DNA from: Macrostomum hystrix
Lineage: Eukaryota; Animalia; Platyhelminthes
Direction of reading: 5' to 3'
Assembly (NCBI GenBank): GCA_950097015.1
Contig: CATNEN010000010.1
Span: forward strand, 1,364,001-1,428,000
Length of the DNA: 64,000 bases
The notes below the pieces were generated by a model that was not told the origin of the DNA, ran no database searches, and saw only the letters and a program-made list of their open reading frames with translations. The position numbers were made by a program, and so were the translations under genes. This document shows, in pieces, positions 52,501 to 64,000 of the stretch (positions are counted from its first letter, which is position 1; every line of letters begins with the position of its first letter).

Positions 52501-55500
52501 TATGCAGCCCTAGACTATAAATACAGGTGAAACCAGCAAAAGCTTATCTACCGTATAATATGGAGATAATTCAATTGAGGTGAAGTATGCAGCCCTAGAC
52601 TATAAATACAGGTGAAACCAGCAAAAGCTTATCTACCGTATAATATGGAGATGATTCAATTGAGGTGAAGTATGCAGCCCTAGACTATAAATACAGGTGA
52701 AACCAGCAAAAGCTTATCTACCGTATAATATGGAGATAATTCAATTGAGGTGAAGTATGCAGCCCTAGACTATAAATACAGGTGAAACCAGCAAATGCTT
52801 ATCTACCGTATAATATGGAGATAATTCAATTGAGGTGAAGTATGCAGCCCTAGACTATAAATACAGGTGAAACCAGCAAATGCTTATCTAGCGTATAATA
52901 TGGAGATAATTCAATTGAGGTGAAGTATGCAGCCCTAGACTATAAATACAGGTGAAACCAGCAAAAGCTTATCTACTGTATAATATGGAGATAATTCAAT
53001 TGAGGTGAAGTATGCAGCCCTAGACTATAAATACAGGTGAAACCAGCAAAAGCTTATCTACCGTATAATATGGAGATAATTCAATTGAGGTGAAGTATGC
53101 AGCCCTAGACTATAAATACAGGTGAAACCAGCAAAAGCTTATCTACCGTATAATATGGAGATAATTCAATTGAGGTGAAGTATGCAGCCCTAGACTATAA
53201 ATACAGGTGAAACCAGCAAATGCTTATCTACCGTATAATATGGAGATAATTCAATTGAGGTGAAGTATGCAGCCCTAGACTATAAATACAGGTGAAACCA
53301 GCAAAAGCTTATCTACCGTATAATATGGAGATAATTCAATTGAGGTGAAGTATGCAGCCCTAGACTATAAATACAGGTGAAACCAGCAAAAGCTTATCTA
53401 CTGTATAATATGGAGATAATTCAATTGAGGTGAAGTATGCAGCCCTAGACTATAAATACAGGTGAAGCCAGCAAAAGCTTATCTACCGTATAATATGGAG
53501 ATGATTCAATTGAGGTGAAGTATGCAGCCCTAGACTATAAATACAGGTGAAACCAGCAAAAGCTTATCTAGCGTATAATATGGAGATAATTCAATTGAGG
53601 TGAAGTATGCAGCCCTAGACTATAAATACAGGTGAAACCAGCAAAAGCTTATCTACCGTATAATATGGAGATAATTCAATTGAGGTGAAGTATGCAGCCC
53701 TAGACTATAAATACAGGTGAAACCAGCAAAAGCTTATCTACCGTATAATATGGAGATAATTCAATTGAGGTGAAGTATGCAGCCCTAGACTATAAATACA
53801 GGTGAAACCAGCAAAAGCTTATCTACCGTATAATATGGAGATAATTCAATTGAGGTGAAGTATGCAGCCCTAGACTATAAATACAGGTGAAACCAGCAAA
53901 AGCTTATCTACCGTATAATATGGAGATAATTCAATTGAGGTGAAGTATGCAGCCCTAGACTATAAATACAGGTGAAGCCAGCAAAAGCTTATCTACCGTA
54001 TAATATGGAGATAATTCAATTGAGGTGAAGTATGCAGCCCTAGACTATAAATACAGGTGAAACCAGCAAAAGCTTATCTACCGTATAATATGGAGATAAT
54101 TCAATTGAGGTGAAGTATGCAGCCCTAGACTATAAATACAGGTGAAACCAGCAAAAGCTTATCTACCGTATAATATGGAGATAATTCAATTGAGGTGAAG
54201 TATGCAGCCCTAGACTATAAATACAGGTGAAGCCAGCAAAAGCTTATCTACCGTATAATATGGAGATAATTCAATTGAGGTGAAGTATGCAGCCCTAGAC
54301 TATAAATACAGGTGAAACCAGCAAAAGCTTATCTAGCGTATAATATGGAGATAATTCAATTGAGGTGAAGTATGCAGCCCTAGACTATAAATACAGGTGA
54401 AACCAGCAAAAGCTTATCTACCGTATAATATGGAGATAATTCAATTGAGGTGAAGTATGCAGCCCTAGACTATAAATACAGGTGAAACCAGCAAAAGCTT
54501 ATCTACCGTATAATATGGAGATAATTCAATTGAGGTGAAGTATGCAGCCCTAGACTATAAATACAGGTGAAACCAGCAAAAGCTTATCTACCGTATAATA
54601 TGGAGATAATTCAATTGAGGTGAAGTATGCAGCCCTAGACTATAAATACAGGTGAAACCAGCAAAAGCTTATCTACCGTATAATATGGAGATAATTCAAT
54701 TGAGGTGAAGTATGCAGCCCTAGACTATAAATACAGGTGAAACCAGCAAAAGCTTATCTACCGTATAATATGGAGATAATTCAATTGAGGTGAAGTATGC
54801 AGCCCTAGACTATAAATACAGGTGAAACCAGCAAAAGCTTATCTACCGTATAATATGGAGATAATTCAATTGAGGTGAAGTATGCAGCCCTAGACTATAA
54901 ATACAGGTGAAACCAGCAAAAGCTTATCTACCGTATAATATGGAGATAATTCAATTGAGGTGAAGTATGCAGCCCTAGACTATAAATACAGGTGAAACCA
55001 GCAAAAGCTTATCTACCGTATAATATGGAGATAATTCAATTGAGGTGAAGTATGCAGCCCTAGACTATAAATACAGGTGAAACCAGCAAAAGCTTATCTA
55101 CCGTATAATATGGAGATAATTCAATTGAGGTGAAGTATGCAGCCCTAGACTATAAATACAGGTGAAACCAGCAAAAGCTTATCTACCGTATAATATGGAG
55201 ATAATTCAATTGCGGTGAAGTATGCAGCCCTAGACTATAAATACAGGTGAAACCAGCAAAAGCTTATCTACCGTATAATATGGAGATAATTCAATTGAGG
55301 TGAAGTATGCAGCCCTAGACTATAAATACAGGTGAAACCAGCAAAAGCTTATCTACCGTATAATATGGAGATAATTCAATTGAGGTGAAGTATGCAGCCC
55401 TAGACTATAAATACAGGTGAAACCAGCAAAAGCTTATCTACCGTATAATATGGAGATAATTCAATTGAGGTGAAGTATGCAGCCCTAGACTATAAATACA

Positions 55501-58500
55501 GGTGAAGCCAGCAAAAGCTTATCTACCGTATAATATGGAGATAATTCAATTGAGGTGAAGTATGCAGCCCTAGACTATAAATACAGGTGAAACCAGCAAA
55601 AGCTTATTTACCGTATAATATGGAGATAATTCAATTGAGGTGAAGTATGCAGCCCTAGACTATAAATACAGGTGAAACCAGCAAAAGCTTATCTACCGTA
55701 TAATATGGAGATAATTCAATTGAGGTGAAGTATGCAGCCCTAGACTATAAATACAGGTGAAGCCAGCAAAAGCTTATCTACCGTATAATATGGAGATAAT
55801 TCAATTGAGGTGAAGTATGCAGCCCTAGACTATAAATACAGGTGAAACCAGCAAAAGCTTATCTACCGTATAATATGGAGATAATTCAATTGAGGTGAAG
55901 TATGCAGCCCTAGACTATAAATACAGGTGAAACCAGCAAAAGCTTATCTAGCGTATAATATGGAGATAATTCAATTGAGGTGAAGTATGCAGCCCTAGAC
56001 TATAAATACAGGTGAAACCAGCAAAAGCTTATCTACCGTATAATATGGAGATAATTCAATTGAGGTGAAGTATGCAGCCCTAGACTATAAATACAGGTGA
56101 AACCAGCAAAAGCTTATCTACCGTATAATATGGAGATAATTCAATTGAGGTGAAGTATGCAGCCCTAGACTATAAATACAGGTGAAACCAGCAAATGCTT
56201 ATCTAGCGTATAATATGGAGATAATTCAATTGAGGTGAAGTATGCAGCCCTAGACTATAAATACAGGTGAAACCAGCAAAAGCTTATTTACCGTATAATA
56301 TGGAGATAATTCAATTGAGGTGAAGTATGCAGCCCTAGACTATAAATACAGGTGAAACCAGCAAAAGCTTATCTACCGTATAATATGGAGATAATTCAAT
56401 TGAGGTGAAGTATGCAGCCCTAGACTATAAATACAGGTGAAACCAGCAAATGCTTATCTACCGTATAATATGGAGATAATTCAATTGAGGTGAAGTATGC
56501 AGCCCTAGACTATAAATACAGGTGAAACCAGCAAAAGCTTATCTACCGTATAATATGGAGATAATTCAATTGAGGTGAAGTATGCAGCCCTAGACTATAA
56601 ATACAGGTGAAACCAGCAAAAGCTTATCTACCGTATAATATGGAGATAATTCAATTGAGGTGAAGTATGCAGCCCTAGACTATAAATACAGGTGAAACCA
56701 GCAAATGCTTATCTACCGTATAATATGGAGATAATTCAATTGAGGTGAAGTATGCAGCCCTAGACTATAAATACAGGTGAAACCAGCAAAAGCTTATCTA
56801 CCGTATAATATGGAGATAATTCAATTGAGGTGAAGTATGCAGCCCTAGACTATAAATACAGGTGAAACCAGCAAAAGCTTATCTACCGTATAATATGGAG
56901 ATAATTCAATTGAGGTGAAGTATGCAGCCCTAGACTATAAATACAGGTGAAACCAGCAAAAGCTTATCTACCGTATAATATGGAGATAATTCAATTGAGG
57001 TGAAGTATGCAGCCCTAGACTATAAATACAGGTGAAACCAGCAAAAGCTTATCTACCGTATAATATGGAGATAATTCAATTGAGGTGAAGTATGCAGCCC
57101 TAGACTATAAATACAGGTGAAACCAGCAAAAGCTTATCTACCGTATAATATGGAGATAATTCAATTGAGGTGAAGTATGCAGCCCTAGACTATAAATACA
57201 GGTGAAACCAGCAAAAGCTTATCTACCGTATAATATGGAGATAATTCAATTGAGGTGAAGTATGCAGCCCTAGACTATAAATACAGGTGAAACCAGCAAA
57301 AGCTTATCTACCGTATAATATGGAGATAATTCAATTGAGGTGAAGTATGCAGCCCTAGACTATAAATACAGGTGAAACCAGCAAAAGCTTATCTACCGTA
57401 TAATATGGAGATAATTCAATTGAGGTGAAGTATGCAGCCCTAGACTATAAATACAGGTGAAACCAGCAAAAGCTTATCTACCGTATAATATGGAGATAAT
57501 TCAATTGAGGTGAAGTATGCAGCCCTAGACTATAAATACAGGTGAAACCAGCAAAAGCTTATCTACCGTATAATATGGAGATAATTCAATTGAGGTGAAG
57601 TATGCAGCCCTAGACTATAAATACAGGTGAAACCAGCAAAAGCTTATCTACCGTATAATATGGAGATAATTCAATTGAGGTGAAGTATGCAGCCCTAGAC
57701 TATAAATACAGGTGAAACCAGCAAAAGCTTATCTACCGTATAATATGGAGATAATTCAATTGAGGTGAAGTATGCAGCCCTAGACTATAAATACAGGTGA
57801 AACCAGCAAAAGCTTATCTACCGTATAATATGGAGATAATTCAATTGAGGTGAAGTATGCAGCCCTAGACTATAAATACAGGTGAAACCAGCAAAAGCTT
57901 ATCTACCGTATAATATGGAGATAATTCAATTGAGGTGAAGTATGCAGCCCTAGACTATAAATACAGGTGAAACCAGCAAAAGCTTATCTACCGTATAATA
58001 TGGAGATAATTCAATTGAGGTGAAGTATGCAGCCCTAGACTATAAATACAGGTGAAACCAGCAAAAGCTTATCTACCGTATAATATGGAGATAATTCAAT
58101 TGAGGTGAAGTATGCAGCCCTAGACTATAAATACAGGTGAAACCAGCAAAAGCTTATCTACTGTATAATATGGAGATAATTCAATTGAGGTGAAGTATGC
58201 AGCCCTAGACTATAAATACAGGTGAAACCAGCAAAAGCTTATCTACTGTATAATATGGAGATAATTCAATTGAGGTGAAGTATGCAGCCCTAGACTATAA
58301 ATACAGGTGAAACCAGCAAAAGCTTATCTACCGTATAATATGGAGATAATTCAATTGAGGTGAAGTATGCAGCCCTAGACTATAAATACAGGTGAAACCA
58401 GCAAAAGCTTATCTACCGTATAATATGGAGATAATTCAATTGAGGTGAAGTATGCAGCCCTAGACTATAAATACAGGTGAAACCAGCAAAAGCTTATCTA

Positions 58501-61500
58501 CCGTATAATATGGAGATAATTCAATTGAGGTGAAGTATGCAGCCCTAGACTATAAATACAGGTGAAACCAGCAAAAGCTTATCTACTGTATAATATGGAG
58601 ATAATTCAATTGAGGTGAAGTATGCAGCCCTAGACTATAAATACAGGTGAAACCAGCAAAAGCTTATCTACCGTATAATATGGAGATAATTCAATTGAGG
58701 TGAAGTATGCAGCCCTAGACTATAAATACAGGTGAAACCAGCAAAAGCTTATCTACCGTATAATATGGAGATAATTCAATTGAGGTGAAGTATGCAGCCC
58801 TAGACTATAAATACAGGTGAAACCAGCAAAAGCTTATCTACCGTATAATATGGAGATAATTCAATTGAGGTGAAGTATGCAGCCCTAGACTATAAATACA
58901 GGTGAAACCAGCAAAAGCTTATCTACCGTATAATATGGAGATAATTCAATTGAGGTGAAGTATGCAGCCCTAGACTATAAATACAGGTGAAACCAGCAAA
59001 AGCTTATCTACCGTATAATATGGAGATAATTCAATTGAGGTGAAGTATGCAGCCCTAGACTATAAATACAGGTGAAACCAGCAAAAGCTTATTTACCGTA
59101 TAATATGGAGATAATTCAATTGAGGTGAAGTATGCAGCCCTAGACTATAAATACAGGTGAAACCAGCAAAAGCTTATTTACCGTATAATATGGAGATAAT
59201 TCAATTGAGGTGAAGTATGCAGCCCTAGACTATAAATACAGGTGAAACCAGCAAAAGCTTATCTACCGTATAATATGGAGATAATTCAATTGAGGTGAAG
59301 TATGCAGCCCTAGACTATAAATACAGGTGAAACCAGCAAAAGCTTATCTACCGTATAATATGGAGATAATTCAATTGAGGTGAAGTATGCAGCCCTAGAC
59401 TATAAATACAGGTGAAACCAGCAAAAGCTTATCTACCGTATAATATGGAGATAATTCAATTGAGGTGAAGTATGCAGCCCTAGACTATAAATACAGGTGA
59501 AACCAGCAAAAGCTTATCTACCGTATAATATGGAGATAATTCAATTGAGGTGAAGTATGCAGCCCTAGACTATAAATACAGGTGAAACCAGCAAAAGCTT
59601 ATCTACCGTATAATATGGAGATAATTCAATTGAGGTGAAGTATGCAGCCCTAGACTATAAATACAGGTGAAACCAGCAAAAGCTTATCTACCGTATAATA
59701 TGGAGATAATTCAATTGAGGTGAAGTATGCAGCCCTAGACTATAAATACAGGTGAAACCAGCAAAAGCTTATCTACCGTATAATATGGAGATAATTCAAT
59801 TGAGGTGAAGTATGCAGCCCTAGACTATAAATACAGGTGAAACCAGCAAAAGCTTATCTACCGTATAATATGGAGATAATTCAATTGAGGTGAAGTATGC
59901 AGCCCTAGACTATAAATACAGGTGAAACCAGCAAAAGCTTATCTACCGTATAATATGGAGATAATTCAATTGAGGTGAAGTATGCAGCCCTAGACTATAA
60001 ATACAGGTGAAACCAGCAAAAGCTTATCTACCGTATAATATGGAGATAATTCAATTGAGGTGAAGTATGCAGCCCTAGACTATAAATACAGGTGAAACCA
60101 GCAAAAGCTTATCTACTGTATAATATGGAGATAATTCAATTGAGGTGAAGTATGCAGCCCTAGACTATAAATACAGGTGAAACCAGCAAAAGCTTATCTA
60201 CTGTATAATATGGAGATAATTCAATTGAGGTGAAGTATGCAGCCCTAGACTATAAATACAGGTGAAACCAGCAAAAGCTTATCTACCGTATAATATGGAG
60301 ATAATTCAATTGAGGTGAAGTATGCAGCCCTAGACTATAAATACAGGTGAAACCAGCAAAAGCTTATCTACCGTATAATATGGAGATAATTCAATTGAGG
60401 TGAAGTATGCAGCCCTAGACTATAAATACAGGTGAAACCAGCAAAAGCTTATCTACCGTATAATATGGAGATAATTCAATTGAGGTGAAGTATGCAGCCC
60501 TAGACTATAAATACAGGTGAAACCAGCAAAAGCTTATCTACCGTATAATATGGAGATAATTCAATTGAGGTGAAGTATGCAGCCCTAGACTATAAATACA
60601 GGTGAAACCAGCAAAAGCTTATCTACCGTATAATATGGAGATAATTCAATTGAGGTGAAGTATGCAGCCCTAGACTATAAATACAGGTGAAACCAGCAAA
60701 AGCTTATCTACCGTATAATATGGAGATAATTCAATTGAGGTGAAGTATGCAGCCCTAGACTATAAATACAGGTGAAACCAGCAAAAGCTTATCTACTGTA
60801 TAATATGGAGATAATTCAATTGAGGTGAAGTATGCAGCCCTAGACTATAAATACAGGTGAAACCAGCAAAAGCTTATCTACTGTATAATATGGAGATAAT
60901 TCAATTGAGGTGAAGTATGCAGCCCTAGACTATAAATACAGGTGAAACCAGCAAAAGCTTATCTACCGTATAATATGGAGATAATTCAATTGAGGTGAAG
61001 TATGCAGCCCTAGACTATAAATACAGGTGAAACCAGCAAAAGCTTATCTACCGTATAATATGGAGATAATTCAATTGAGGTGAAGTATGCAGCCCTAGAC
61101 TATAAATACAGGTGAAACCAGCAAAAGCTTATCTACCGTATAATATGGAGATAATTCAATTGAGGTGAAGTATGCAGCCCTAGACTATAAATACAGGTGA
61201 AACCAGCAAAAGCTTATCTACCGTATAATATGGAGATAATTCAATTGAGGTGAAGTATGCAGCCCTAGACTATAAATACAGGTGAAACCAGCAAAAGCTT
61301 ATCTACCGTATAATATGGAGATAATTCAATTGAGGTGAAGTATGCAGCCCTAGACTATAAATACAGGTGAAACCAGCAAAAGCTTATCTACCGTATAATA
61401 TGGAGATAATTCAATTGAGGTGAAGTATGCAGCCCTAGACTATAAATACAGGTGAAACCAGCAAAAGCTTATCTACCGTATAATATGGAGATAATTCAAT

Positions 61501-64000
61501 TGAGGTGAAGTATGCAGCCCTAGACTATAAATACAGGTGAAACCAGCAAAAGCTTATTTACCGTATAATATGGAGATAATTCAATTGAGGTGAAGTATGC
61601 AGCCCTAGACTATAAATACAGGTGAAACCAGCAAAAGCTTATTTACCGTATAATATGGAGATAATTCAATTGAGGTGAAGTATGCAGCCCTAGACTATAA
61701 ATACAGGTGAAACCAGCAAAAGCTTATTTACCGTATAATATGGAGATAATTCAATTGAGGTGAAGTATGCAGCCCTAGACTATAAATACAGGTGAAACCA
61801 GCAAAAGCTTATCTACCGTATAATATGGAGATAATTCAATTGAGGTGAAGTATGCAGCCCTAGACTATAAATACAGGTGAAACCAGCAAAAGCTTATCTA
61901 CCGTATAATATGGAGATAATTCAATTGAGGTGAAGTATGCAGCCCTAGACTATAAATACAGGTGAAACCAGCAAAAGCTTATCTACCGTATAATATGGAG
62001 ATAATTCAATTGAGGTGAAGTATGCAGCCCTAGACTATAAATACAGGTGAAACCAGCAAAAGCTTATCTACCGTATAATATGGAGATAATTCAATTGAGG
62101 TGAAGTATGCAGCCCTAGACTATAAATACAGGTGAAACCAGCAAAAGCTTATCTACCGTATAATATGGAGATAATTCAATTGAGGTGAAGTATGCAGCCC
62201 TAGACTATAAATACAGGTGAAACCAGCAAAAGCTTATCTACCGTATAATATGGAGATAATTCAATTGAGGTGAAGTATGCAGCCCTAGACTATAAATACA
62301 GGTGAAACCAGCAAAAGCTTATCTACCGTATAATATGGAGATAATTCAATTGAGGTGAAGTATGCAGCCCTAGACTATAAATACACGTGAAACCAGCAAA
62401 AGCTTATCTACCGTATAATATGGAGATAATTCAATTGAGGTGAAGTATGCAGCCCTAGACTATAAATACAGGTGAAACCAGCAAAAGCTTATCTACCGTA
62501 TAATATGGAGATAATTCAATTGAGGTGAAGTATGCAGCCCTAGACTATAAATACAGGTGAAACCAGCAAAAGCTTATCTACCGTATAATATGGAGATAAT
62601 TCAATTGAGGTGAAGTATGCAGCCCTAGACTATAAATACAGGTGAAACCAGCAAAAGCTTATCTACTGTATAATATGGAGATAATTCAATTGAGGTGAAG
62701 TATGCAGCCCTAGACTATAAATACAGGTGAAACCAGCAAAAGCTTATCTACCGTATAATATGGAGATAATTCAATTGAGGTGAAGTATGCAGCCCTAGAC
62801 TATAAATACAGGTGAAACCAGCAAAAGCTTATCTACCGTATAATATGGAGATAATTCAATTGAGGTGAAGTATGCAGCCCTAGACTATAAATACAGGTGA
62901 AACCAGCAAAAGCTTATCTACCGTATAATATGGAGATAATTCAATTGAGGTGAAGTATGCAGCCCTAGACTATAAATACAGGTGAAACCAGCAAAAGCTT
63001 ATTTACCGTATAATATGGAGATAATTCAATTGAGGTGAAGTATGCAGCCCTAGACTATAAATACAGGTGAAACCAGCAAAAGCTTATCTACCGTATAATA
63101 TGGAGATAATTCAATTGAGGTGAAGTATGCAGCCCTAGACTATAAATACAGGTGAAACCAGCAAAAGCTTATCTACCGTATAATATGGAGATAATTCAAT
63201 TGAGGTGAAGTATGCAGCCCTAGACTATAAATACAGGTGAAACCAGCAAAAGCTTATCTACCGTATAATATGGAGATAATTCAATTGAGGTGAAGTATGC
63301 AGCCCTAGACTATAAATACAGGTGAAACCAGCAAAAGCTTATCTACCGTATAATATGGAGATAATTCAATTGAGGTGAAGTATGCAGCCCTAGACTATAA
63401 ATACAGGTGAAACCAGCAAAAGCTTATCTACCGTATAATATGGAGATAATTCAATTGAGGTGAAGTATGCAGCCCTAGACTATAAATACAGGTGAAACCA
63501 GCAAAAGCTTATCTACTGTATAATATGGAGATAATTCAATTGAGGTGAAGTATGCAGCCCTAGACTATAAATACAGGTGAAACCAGCAAAAGCTTATCTA
63601 CCGTATAATATGGAGATAATTCAATTGAGGTGAAGTATGCAGCCCTAGACTATAAATACAGGTGAAACCAGCAAAAGCTTATCTACCGTATAATATGGAG
63701 ATAATTCAATTGAGGTGAAGTATGCAGCCCTAGACTATAAATACAGGTGAAACCAGCAAAAGCTTATCTACCGTATAATATGGAGATAATTCAATTGAGG
63801 TGAAGTATGCAGCCCTAGACTATAAATACAGGTGAAACCAGCAAAAGCTTATCTACCGTATAATATGGAGATAATTCAATTGAGGTGAAGTATGCAGCCC
63901 TAGACTATAAATACAGGTGAAACCAGCAAAAGCTTATCTACCGTATAATATGGAGATAATTCAATTGAGGTGAAGTATGCAGCCCTAGACTATAAATACA
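49510..64000. repeat. 85-bp satellite, ~170 copies, runs off the end of the window
   Basis: Unit TTCAATTGAGGTGAAGTATGCAGCCCTAGACTATAAATACAGGTGAAACCAGCAAAAGCTTATCTACCGTATAATATGGAGATAA; period 85 (49511, 49596, 49681); only scattered single-base variants. Confidence 0.98.

Noticed and set aside
49510-64000. CRISPR array
   Set aside because: No unique spacers; the whole 85-bp unit repeats; eukaryotic context with no cas genes.

Overview
Eukaryotic (animal) genomic DNA: GC-rich exons, GT-AG introns stuffed with minisatellites, tRNA-derived SINEs. The style resembles a free-living flatworm such as Macrostomum, which is an inference only. Host genes reconstructed by hand with phase-checked exons: ANKRA2/RFXANK-like, NBS1/nibrin, DDX54, a WCPPC nucleoredoxin-like protein, two convergent caveolin paralogs, CHMP4/SNF7, PRXL2C/AAED1 (minus) and a 4CL/luciferase-like acyl-CoA synthetase. 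Mobile DNA: a 5'-truncated LINE with a 14-bp TSD, a deleted Harbinger transposase, two SINE families, and an 11,257-bp LTR element (29028-40284). The LTR element has 2,357-bp apparently identical LTRs, a 4-bp TSD, PBS and PPT, and gag plus protease but no recognisable RT, RNase H or integrase. In their place it has a Trp-rich orphan ORF, duplicated hairpins, and a predicted three-exon antisense gene with its own CCAAT/TATA and AATAAA, encoding an 83-aa tail-anchored membrane protein (top finding). The last 14.5 kb is an 85-bp satellite. DDX54 appears to lack its own start codon and may take it from a trans-spliced leader. All work was by eye; no database searches were run.
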